From assembly GCA_965649765.1 (NCBI GenBank), contig OZ287759.1, forward strand, positions 1,550,001-1,614,000: a stretch of 64,000 bases of DNA, read 5' to 3'. A program made the position numbers and the translations under genes. Below the pieces are notes generated by a model. That model did not search any database. It was not told the origin of the DNA and was given only the letters and a program-made list of their open reading frames with translations. Shown one piece after another: positions 50,941 to 60,410 of this stretch (the first letter of the stretch is position 1; each line of letters opens with the position of its first letter). The DNA comes from Bispira polyomma. Lineage: Eukaryota.

Positions 50941-53406
50941 TCAATCTATTTCTAACATTGTGTCTTTTACTTTTACCCATTTGGGATTCGATACCAGTTC
51001 TAGTAACTTGTCATTATTGCTGGCCGTGATCTGCCACCTAGAGAGGAGATCAGCCACTGTATTAAGTCTACCTAAAATGTGAATGGTTTTGAGACTGATA
51101 TCATGGGAGGCTACAGTCATGAAGATGTTTCTGGCAATAGCTGCCAAAGTGAGGTCTTTAGTTTTGCCTGAATTGAGGATAGTGACCACGGCAACATTGT
51201 CGCATTGCAATATTAACCTCTTACCTGCCCACGCTGACTTCCATAGCCTAATGGCAACTAAGATGTTTAACATCTCCAGATGAACTATCGTGAAATCTAG
51301 ATAACCTAGAGGAATTTGGAATTGGTATACCTCATCATTACAACGACCTCCCAGACCTTGGAGGCACGCATCCAACTGAATACAATCGGTAGTGGGTTTG
51401 TGTTCAAAGAAGGCTTTTCCATTAAATGTTGGTAAAAATTTTTTAAACCAATTTACATCCTGATGAAACTCAGGTGTAAGTTTTACTTTTTGATCCGGGC
51501 CTACAGATCTTAGGACATCAAGCATTCGGTTTAAGAAAGCACGTGAAACTCGAACACATTTGGATACATATAACAATTTACCTAGCAGTGACTGCAAGTC
51601 CCTCTTACTGCAGTAGTTTCTTAATTGCCAGTCTTGCACAAGTGTGTTTATTTCTAGTAGCTTTTCATCTGGCAATGAGATTGTCAAGTCATTTGTATTA
51701 ACTAACACCCCCAGACACGTTACTGACGTGCTGGGGTGAACAAGTTTTTTGTGACTAATCGCAAAGCCTAGTTCCTGGAGTAAGTTGAGCAATATATCAA
51801 ATGAATGTTTACTTTCTATGACGTCACCATAGCCGATTACGTCGTCGATATAGTTGGTGACGTCATGTCCGTGACGTTTCATGATGTACCTGACGGCGTC
51901 ACTTAATCGCTGAAAAATGGTGCTCCCGTGCCGAAAACCAAATGGGAGGCAAGAGTCGACGTAGTATTTGTCTAATTTTAAGCCTAATAGATTGTAATCG
52001 GCTGGATCCATTTTTACGTGACGAAATGCCCGACTTACGTCAATTTTATATAAGAGCGTTCCACGTCCCATACGACATATTTTGTTTGTGATTGTGTCAA
52101 TTGTAGGAAGGGTTAATGCAAACGCAGTACCGAGATACTTATCCTTGACTACAGCCGAATTCACAGAGTTGCCATGAGGAAAGCTTAAATCTATGATAAC
52201 GCGCCTGTGTGCGGCACCTGGCTTTTCCCTAGTCATAAAGGGAGAAATATGGAGGTTTTGTATGGGGGCCTTATGGAAAGGGCTCAACATGGCGCCTAAC
52301 TCAGTCTCTTCTTTTAAATAAGCATGCACATCATCTGGAAATTGTGTTGCAGATGAATGATTCTGTTCTGTATGAGATAACTTGCTGTCAGGATTAAAAT
52401 CGAGGGGAAACCCATATCTTATCAAAAAGGGAAGTTGTTTATCCCAGTAGTCAGTCAAGTATTTTTCCCATACATCTGGGTTCAACTCAGATTTCAATTG
52501 AACTTGTGCCCCCATATAATTTGGGTAGTTGTCCTGCTTAATCTGAGTGTGTAACTCTAACAGAGACTTATCCGACTTTACTCGTTTATCCGTTTGGGGA
52601 ACTTGGAGGTCATTTAGCGGAATAAACCCATACTTATCTGTAGTTTGAGTATCCCATTGCTGGAACTGAGGCTGGTTGCAAGCACGTTTTATAAGTTCCT
52701 TGTTTTTCGATTTAGTTTGTAGTTCTAGGTCATATTTGTCTGATTTTATTCCCCCAATACCTCGAGAGAGTATTTTAAGACCTTGACCTTGGTTACAAGT
52801 ATCTGGTAAATGTGTGACAGAGTTGTCACTAGTGTCCATATAATGGTCATTGTCACTCAAAGGGGAAAACCTATTGTGAGTGGAAATGGGCCATTTGCCC
52901 TGAATGTCTAATTTTGTGCTTTTCAGCTTTTGGCCAAATTGATCACCTTTTGTTGGAGGGGGTTTACCCATTTCTGACATTACATTATTCCTCTGTGCAC
53001 TTGTAAAAGGGAAAGCTCCTTTTGTGAAAGCTTTAACACTCACTCTGTGCCCCAGTTCATGTTTTGTGGACACTTCTGACATTTGGTTATTATTTAAACA
53101 TGGTGAACATTTAACATGGTGACTTTGACACCTCTGATTCACATTTGCACTTTGTACAGAAACCTTTATGGCAGCAGACCTGGAGGGAGCCTTTCTTTTA
53201 ACCACATCAGCATAAGATCTATTTACAAATTTGGCCCAATCTGCCCTCCAATGTGTACTGCCAGTATTACATTTAAGACTATTAAACATAGTTCTAGTGG
53301 GAAAACCTTTAGAATTATTTACAACTTTTTGTGCAAGTTTTTTACTGACCACCTCTTGTGTGGAAGAAACATAGGCTGGCACTGCATTACTGCAGTGCCT
53401 TACTCG
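50941..53406 (-). CDS. N4 pol: linker + reverse transcriptase + RNase H, in the -1 frame relative to gag
   Basis: KIDVSRAF, LPFGFRHGS, NYIDD, QLDACLQGLGG, HLEMLN, CDNVAVV and NTVADLLSR. It ends at TGA three codons earlier than N3 and N5 (W to stop). Confidence 0.95.
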   Translation of the reverse strand, partial: RVRHCSNAVPAYVSSTQEVVSKKLAQKVVNNSKGFPTRTMFNSLKCNTGSTHWRADWAKFVNRSYADVVKRKAPSRSAAIKVSVQSANVNQRCQSHHVKCSPCLNNNQMSEVSTKHELGHRVSVKAFTKGAFPFTSAQRNNVMSEMGKPPPTKGDQFGQKLKSTKLDIQGKWPISTHNRFSPLSDNDHYMDTSDNSVTHLPDTCNQGQGLKILSRGIGGIKSDKYDLELQTKSKNKELIKRACNQPQFQQWDTQTTDKYGFIPLNDLQVPQTDKRVKSDKSLLELHTQIKQDNYPNYMGAQVQLKSELNPDVWEKYLTDYWDKQLPFLIRYGFPLDFNPDSKLSHTEQNHSSATQFPDDVHAYLKEETELGAMLSPFHKAPIQNLHISPFMTREKPGAAHRRVIIDLSFPHGNSVNSAVVKDKYLGTAFALTLPTIDTITNKICRMGRGTLLYKIDVSRAFRHVKMDPADYNLLGLKLDKYYVDSCLPFGFRHGSTIFQRLSDAVRYIMKRHGHDVTNYIDDVIGYGDVIESKHSFDILLNLLQELGFAISHKKLVHPSTSVTCLGVLVNTNDLTISLPDEKLLEINTLVQDWQLRNYCSKRDLQSLLGKLLYVSKCVRVSRAFLNRMLDVLRSVGPDQKVKLTPEFHQDVNWFKKFLPTFNGKAFFEHKPTTDCIQLDACLQGLGGRCNDEVYQFQIPLGYLDFTIVHLEMLNILVAIRLWKSAWAGKRLILQCDNVAVVTILNSGKTKDLTLAAIARNIFMTVASHDISLKTIHILGRLNTVADLLSRWQITASNNDKLLELVSNPKWVKVKDTMLEID

Positions 53407-53412
53407 TTTTTT
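53378..53412 (-). promoter_or_regulatory. Predicted -1 programmed ribosomal frameshift signal
   Basis: A_AAA_AAC (53412-53406), spacer GAGTAA, then hairpin GGCACTGCA-GTAA-TGCAGTGCC. Also present at 35401-35434 (-) and 60398-60432 (+). Confidence 0.82.
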
Positions 53413-54374
53413 AACGGATATTTTTTACAGTCTTTTGCAGGGTGGGGGTAATACCTCCCATTTTGAAAGCATTGGTTACACACGTGACTATATGACACAC
53501 CTTTGAATTCGTGATCCCCTTTTTGGGGGCAAGTACCCTTTTGGAAGTACCTACATGGGATGGACTTCTCATGACTTTTCCTGGTGTTGGTTTGATGATT
53601 ACTATTTGCAGTCTGGATGACAACCCTTTGGGCATGAGCCCGTCTAATCCTGTCCAACTTGTGGGCATCTCCCCAGGTTACCTTACCCTCTTCCATTTTA
53701 CACAGTACAACGGCATGGCTAGCCTTAGCCGAGGTCCAGGAAAAGTCATGAGCGTCCTCCATGAGGTCAGTGAGATAGTCCAACATTTGGTTCTTAACGT
53801 CTAAACTACTTTCATCTCTAGCTATACTGGCAAAACCAGAGACCCACTGGGCCATTGACAACGCGTCATACGTAACTCGTGTTTTGTTTTGTCCCCCTAG
53901 TATAACGTTCTGAGGCCAAGCCACCTTATTCTTCACCCACAGAGTGTCGGGACCCCCTCTTTGAGATTTTGACGTACCTGATTCATTAATGGCCACCAAT
54001 TCCTTAAGACGTGAATCCACTGCAGTCTGTAGGGAGTCGGATGAACGTAGTGTCTGTAGCGTCGGAACCAGTAGCTCAGAAGTGGTTAGCTCCGCCTGTC
54101 TAGGTTGGGCTGCACTCCCCGGGCTCGACACCGGCAAAGCCTGGGCTCCATGTGAACTGCGATAAACTTGCTGCTCAACTTGGGTCATACGCCCACTTAA
54201 TGCTTTGAGTTCAGTCAAAATTTGTAGGTTAACGTCGGCAGCAGTTACACCATCGCTAGCCACAGAGTTCTGCTTGGAAGTTCCCACACCGGTATATAAT
54301 TTACAGTTTTCATCAATGGGTTTAATATGACTAGTTTCACACTTGTGACAGTAGTATTGTTTCCTTGGGGCCAT
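53400..54374 (-). CDS. N4 gag-like ORF1 (324 aa)
   Basis: ATG-initiated. N-terminal CxxC-x3-H-x7-C motif, a coiled-coil-like segment, and a C-terminal zinc-finger cluster CRYFQKGTC...HVCNQC...HPAKDC typical of Ngaro ORF1. Confidence 0.92.
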   Translation of the reverse strand: MAPRKQYYCHKCETSHIKPIDENCKLYTGVGTSKQNSVASDGVTAADVNLQILTELKALSGRMTQVEQQVYRSSHGAQALPVSSPGSAAQPRQAELTTSELLVPTLQTLRSSDSLQTAVDSRLKELVAINESGTSKSQRGGPDTLWVKNKVAWPQNVILGGQNKTRVTYDALSMAQWVSGFASIARDESSLDVKNQMLDYLTDLMEDAHDFSWTSAKASHAVVLCKMEEGKVTWGDAHKLDRIRRAHAQRVVIQTANSNHQTNTRKSHEKSIPCRYFQKGTCPQKGDHEFKGVSYSHVCNQCFQNGRYYPHPAKDCKKYPLKNE

Positions 54375-54713
54375 AGCCTCTGAATAATATAAGAACTCGT
54401 ATCTTTGATACCTGCAACTATACTAAAGGAACTGTAGCGCGATAATCTGAATTAAATTATATGTAATCATGCAAATAGCCGTGAATTTGATGCAATATAA
54501 TTGATTTGACCACGTTCCTTTACCACCGCTCAAACGAGCATATAATCGCAAGACTCAAAGTAGAGTAAAACACAGGAATCCAGCAAAGACACTGCAGATC
54601 AGTTCCTCCTTAGTGTGTAGCACAACTTAGTGAATCATTTGTTGCATTCTTTGTTTCCATAACACAAATATTAAAATCAGTGAAGTAAAAATAAAACACA
54701 TAAAAATAATAAC

Positions 54714-54907
54714 GTAAAATATTAAAGATGGCGTTGTTGCCCAAATGACTTCAATAGTATAAGTGAGGATTCTAGCTAAAAAGCGGGAAAACAGAGGTTA
54801 ATTAGTACACAAGTGACCAATTAGGAAGGGGTTCATAGGGCATGAACCCAGGGTAGAAAATACTAGTAGCACTGAACTTGCTATCCCCTACGGCGCTACC
54901 CCGCACA
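54714..54907 (-). repeat. N4 repeat A1 (194 bp, 5' terminus, promoter-like)
   Basis: Matches A2. Contains CCAAT, TTTTCCCGC and CGCCATCTT motifs. Confidence 0.95.
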
Positions 54908-56744
54908 TTAAATCCGAAGAGATTGCAGTATATTTTAAGATAGACTCACAAATAGCTCAAAAATAGTAGTTTTATTTTTAGGAGTTTTATGGGCCAGTAA
55001 TTAAATACATCTTGTCATTTTTTTGCAAATCTATTCATTTGAAATCAATAATCTTACAAATATTTGTAACATATCCTAGTTTATTTTATACTTTGTACAT
55101 AAATTTTTACAGGAGAAACATTGACCTTGATATACAATAAATGCATTCATAACAGCCTTTTGATGTCTCAATTTTAGTTCACCATATATCCTAAAGTCTG
55201 AATGTCATTTTTTTGCAAATCTATTCATTTGAAATCAATAATCTTACAAATATTTGTAACATATTCTAGAGTTTTAATAGATTACACTTCTTAACTCCAA
55301 AGGTCTTTGGACGATACTCAATCATCTACTGTCAAACAGAGAGTGGCTTCATTCATTATAAACAATGTTACTTTTGTTAGTTTTTCGGGCTATATTCTGG
55401 ATTTATCCAGACCCAGATCATAGCCAGGGGAGGTTGTTGGTACACTTGTATCCATTAGGTAATTGTAAAGATACCAAACCTAATTTGTCCCTGGGTTATG
55501 TGATGGGGTACTTCAGTGTTGATGGATTTCTTTAGGTAATGTTCATGTTGCTCAATTGCACATCACTGTGGAAGGCGCGTAAGAGGATTTCAATTAGACT
55601 TAAATTTTCAACATGGGGTCTGGTTCGGTTAAATGGTGTTTGACGTGTTAAACTAAACAAAAGAAATACTACACATGTAATAGGTTTGGATGAACGTAAA
55701 AAATGTACACTACTTTAACTACACCAATGTAGACATTATGTCAAGATCCATGAATAAATCCGTTCAGAAAAACCTGTCTAATTTCAATTTGCCATACTGG
55801 CCAAGTCATGACAAATAAGCCTCCAATTAACTATTCCATGTTCTCTGTTTGGTTTGCTCGGCAATATAAAGAACTATTCTGAAGAGTGACCTTATACAGA
55901 AAGCAAGAAGAAATGTCAAATACCTGTGGACATATTCCCGAATGTGTTTAAGCTCATGTCTGACAATAGTTCAGATCTGAAGCCCCCATATCTCTGTCTG
56001 AAGTGACATACTGAAAATCTGACTGTATATTGGAATTCAGCACGTAAAGCTGATGTAAAAGAAATAGTCACAAGTATCAGTTTATTCCATACACAAGGAC
56101 TTCCACAAAAGATTAAGTTGAGTCTTACGTTGAGCTTGAGTTTCTTTTGAGAATACCAGTCCTGGGCCTATTTGAATAGCTCAGTAGGGTCATTGTGAAA
56201 TCTGACTCGGCTTGGTACAAAAACCATTGACGTCTATCAAAACTGCAAATGATTTGGTATTAAAATGCTGAAAAAAGTCTTGCATTAATCAAATAGAATT
56301 AACTAACATTTTTTTGCTTTATACAACATTGATTAATACCCCTAATTCAGGGGAGCAATGGGTTTGGTTGGGTTTGGTTGAGATTGGATTATTAGTACTA
56401 TTTATTTTATATTATTGCATTGTTTTAATATAAATTTATATCATTTATTAAAATATCCATCTAAAGACACCTAAATTTGGCTTGATTCCTGTATTATGGT
56501 TTAGTTTATATACATGTATGTAGAATAAGACTATTACCACCAGGAAAGTTTTGATCTGGCCACTTTTATCGCATTGCCTAGCTTTCTTTGAAAGGATGAA
56601 TAATTACAACTAGAGCTAAATGTTTTAACCTGTTGATGTATAGAACTAAGAAAATGCCCTAATGTGTTTAATTTATTCTTTTTATCGGATAACCTCCCAT
56701 CAACGTAAAAGTATAATCTTGCAAGGTGGCATACATATACTGGA

Positions 56745-57002
56745 TTTGAATGTGAATTTGGATATTTAACGTCCACTCTAGTACCTTTTAGTAGGTTATA
56801 TTGGGACGGGTAGTTGGAAATGCTGGAGGAAACACTGCATACAGTCGGTCAAGGTTCTGCAGAGAAACCATCGGCCCACAGTAAGGAGCTACCCCCTTTC
56901 CCACATAGGCATCAACAGGATTCGAACTCATGCCACCCAGAGGTGAGAGACCAGTGATTGTGAAGCGCAATGCTTGCTAACCACTAGGCCACTGCGGCCC
57001 CC
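56745..57002 (-). mobile_element. tRNA-derived SINE (same family as 2643-2893)
   Basis: Minus-strand A box TGGCCTAGTGG, B box GTTCGAATCC, and the same body and tail. More decayed relatives lie near 24580, 25680, 29300, 43180, 46500 and 57600. Confidence 0.82.
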
Positions 57003-57449
57003 ATACATATATTGGAAATAGTCAGATTCTTTTGGAGGTCAATTGGGTTGAACTCAGGTAAAAGGTTCTGACCTTGAACATTTTAACTTTTGTTCAAAAT
57101 TGCATTTGTTATGGAAAAATCTTTCTAGGTTTAGGAAAAAACTTAAAACCTATCACTTCCAACTCGCTTAACCTCTTTAATTCCTTCTATGTGCAGCCCC
57201 TACATTCTTCCTTGGCACCTTACTATATTTATGGTACAAATTGGTTGGCTACTTTAATTCTGTTGTTTCTCTTTAGAAAATGTCTGGCATCATCAAGACA
57301 ACAATCAAGAAGGGACAAAATGTTGAAATTTGCATTACTATACAACCTCAAGTAAGTCCTAAGAAAATTCCTGCCGTTTGTTTCATTCAACACACGTTTT
57401 AGTGTGAATGCTAGTTTCTATGTGATTTTGAATCGTGTTATTGGGGGCC

Positions 57450-59071
57450 CCGGTACTCAGACGTGTGTTATTGCTCCTTGTATGAGGTCACGCTTATATT
57501 GTTAATGAAGCATGTCACACAGAGATATTGGAGCACTTTATTGAAAGCTGAAGTAGAACGACATCCCCATTGCTTGGATGATATGTATAAAAGAGATGGG
57601 GCCTTTATGGTGTAGTAGTAATATATGTAGCTATCCAACTCTACCATCATGGATTAGAATCTCAGCTCAGACACATATGTGAGAAAGATGGCAGTAGACT
57701 TACTGAAAGCCAGTGATGGGTAGAGTAGAAAAACTTTGTTGGAGGTAATTAAATTAGTCATTATCAGTCTGAAAGCCATGGCATCTCTTGTATCCCCTTT
57801 CCTCAAGTAATCTGATGCATACCATTTACCCAAAGTGGTTCAGTTTAGTTTGAGATTAAATTTGCCTTTAACACGTCTGGTGTCAACAGTTGGTGGAGGA
57901 AATCAGAGTGAAGGCTAAGAAGGGAAGGCTAAGAACGTTTTTGTAACTATCTATTTGCCTCATCATGTTGTGATTTTGACTTCTAATCTGTACAAGGGAT
58001 GCTTCCAGCAAAGTTCTTTTTATGGAACACATTTAAAATGCAGAAACTATCAAACCCACTTGGTTTTCATATCCTCACCCTTCCCTTGGCAATAGTAGTT
58101 TAGTTAAAAAATGACTTAAGTCTTAAACAAAAGCAACGCAGTATCAGTAATCTTAAAATGTATTAAAATGCTTGAAGGGCGATTTTGTAAAACAAATCCT
58201 TTAAATCAGTTTTGTTTGGTTCCACAGAACTAATTTTGTTTAATAGCATGATCTTACAGGCACTGTGTTAATATTGAAACTACAAAGATTTGGACATAAC
58301 TGTTAAAATTACACAAGTCAATCATCCATCAATATCAATGAGAGAAAGAGTTATCAGCTCACAAAGAGAAAACAAAAAACTGTATGTTCATTATATTTTT
58401 ATGTTCTGCCACAAATCACAAAGTCTGAGTAGTTTCTATTTGCAATATGTCACCTGACTCAGTCAGAAACACATGAAAGATCCATTAACCGGGCTTTGCC
58501 TCAACACTTTACATCAAATAGAGACTAAATCAAGCCTTTTATGATGACTTCCCCTCTAGCCTAGAGTGAGCAGCACGTACTACTCAAATTTATTATAATT
58601 ACATAACAATATTAAGTGTCAACCATACCTGACCTAGACAAACAAAATTATAGGCTTGTTGAAATTATGTTCTTCTGAATAGATTTTATTGTATCAAGTA
58701 TGGCAGAATCAGGAATTGTATTTATCAAAACAGACTTGGTGATGCAAGTACTGTGGTGAGTGGTGTACTTTTACTTTGCTTAATTGACATTCTTTTGCCA
58801 ATACCTATTGTTAAATCCCATGAATAGAGAAATATTTGAGAATAAAATGATGAGTAACATAAATAAGAATTTAATACTTTTTTTTGCAATTAATTAATAA
58901 ATATCTTAATGTGTAGGTGGTACTGTTTTCTTTCATTTATGCCAGTTTTTTCAATAATAACACTGTGTACATGGATGTATATAGGTTTGAATTTTCTAAT
59001 ACGACCCACTTGAATTACAATTTGACTTATTTTACTACAATATGAATCATTTTATTTTAAGAACGATAGAT
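57450..59071 (+). repeat. Segmental duplication block, copy C (cut by N5)
   Basis: 57450-57740 matches 18100-18420, 57740-58090 matches 30410-31150, and 58090-59071 matches 38441-39180. Confidence 0.85.
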
Positions 59072-59582
59072 TGCGGGGTAGACCCGCAGGGGCTAGTTAG
59101 TTCAGTGCTAACCGGTATTTTTCTTAACTTACCCTCTGGATTCATGACCTATGAACCCCTCTTCTTATTCGTCAGTGTGTACTAATTGACCCCGGCTTTT
59201 CTCGCTCTTTCTACAGAACCATCACTTTTTACATTGAAGTCAAATAGGCAACAACGCCATCTTGAAAATTTTACTTTTATTTTATTTTTACGTGTTATAC
59301 TTACACTTTAATGTGACTTTTATATGTACATGAACTCTGGAATGTTACCAAAGGATTTACTGTGAGATACTACATACTAAGGAAGTAATCACGGACTTGC
59401 TGCTGTTTTATGTGTCGACTCACACTTTAGAGTATATGCTCGATCGAGCGCTAGTATAGGGACGTATCAATTCAAAATTGGCTTAATTGCTTCTTATTTT
59501 ACTCTTGGAGTTCACTATATCCTCCCTATACATATATCTGCAGGTATCTAAGGTACGAGTTCTTTGTATTTACTTAGATGCC

Positions 59583-60410
59583 ATGGCGCCAAGAAAACAG
59601 TGTGACTGTTCTAAATGTGGCTTTGCCCACGCTAAACCTATAGACGATAACTGTACCGGTAATACTTCGGTGGAAGTAGAAACGCAGAACTCTGTTCCTA
59701 GTGATGGTGTGACCTCAACCGAAATTAACTTGCAAATACTCACCGAACTGAAAGCTTTAAGTAGTCGAATTTCGAAGGTTGAAGAAAAGGTTGATCACAG
59801 GGAACATAGAGCCCAGTTCTCGGGGGCAACTCCGAGTCTGGATAGTCCTGTCCAGAAGTCCCAGGCAGCCCAGCTAGAGGAGTTATTGGTCCAGACCTTG
59901 CAGACCTTGAGAACATCCCAATCCCTGCAGACTGCTGTCGACTCACGCTTAAAGGAGCTAGTCCAGATTAATGAATCAGGTGCAAGTCACAACGTGGAGG
60001 CACGGAGACGGTTTGGGTTAAGAACAAAGCATCCTGGCCGCAAAGTTACATACTAGGGGGACAGAATAAATCTAGAGTCTCTTATGACTCCCTTTCTATG
60101 TCTCAATGGGTGGCTGGTTTTGCCAGCATTGCTAGGGTAGAGTCTGATATTGATACTAAAAATAATATGTTAGAGTACTTAGCTGATCTCATGGAAGACT
60201 CTCATGACTTTTCTTGGGCCTCTGCTAAGGGCAGCCATGCTGTGCTTTTGTGCAAAGCCAATTCCTTGTAGATACTACCAAAAGGGTACTTGCCCTCACA
60301 AAGGTGAGCATGAAACTAGAGGAGTAACATACAGTCATGTCTGTAGTGAATGTCATAAAAACTCTCATCCCAGTAAAGATTGTCGCAAAAGCTCAACAAA
60401 AAACGAGTAA
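59583..60410 (+). pseudogene. N5 gag (frameshift at ~59981, internal deletion at ~60253)
   Basis: MAPRKQ start as in N4. The frame breaks after INESG; ends KNE*. Confidence 0.88.

Larger units (their letters stand above)
50926..53977 (-). other. Predicted 3052-nt spliceosomal intron joining the gag N-half to YR
   Basis: Donor CAG|GTACGT (phase 1) and acceptor CTAATTGCAG|AT (phase 1). Equivalent sites occur in N1, N2, N3 and N5. Confidence 0.7.
47717..54907 (-). mobile_element. N4: full-length (7191 bp), near-intact Ngaro-type YR retrotransposon with split direct repeats
   Basis: Element-sense order A1-gag-RT/RNase H-YR-B1A2-spacer-B2. Repeat pairs are identical by eye. No methyltransferase domain, protease or DDE integrase is seen. 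The 3-bp core TGT occurs at both ends and at the internal junction. Confidence 0.96.
45850..57330 (-). repeat. Arm 2 of the inverted segmental duplication (contains N4)
   Basis: Reverse-complement match to 19150-26450 once N4 and N2 are removed. Confidence 0.85.

Noticed and set aside
50926-50980. ATG at 50980 as the true YR start (ORF track, 348 aa)
   Set aside because: The equivalent frame in N5 has a stop and a 2-nt indel before the conserved AG, and N1, N2 and N3 have no equivalent ATG. It is not conserved, unlike the acceptor.
47717-54907. Classification as a DIRS1-like, Crypton or LTR element, or as a phage integrase/prophage
   Set aside because: The repeats are split direct repeats, not ITR/ICR or LTRs. 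RT-RNase H is present, there is no methyltransferase, protease or DDE integrase, and the context is eukaryotic.
55873-55925. CTGAAGA...GAAA as a second hammerhead
   Set aside because: Stems I and III do not pair properly. Other CTGANGA hits (e.g. ~3570, ~14687, ~18285, ~39404) also lack the stem II-GAAA arrangement.
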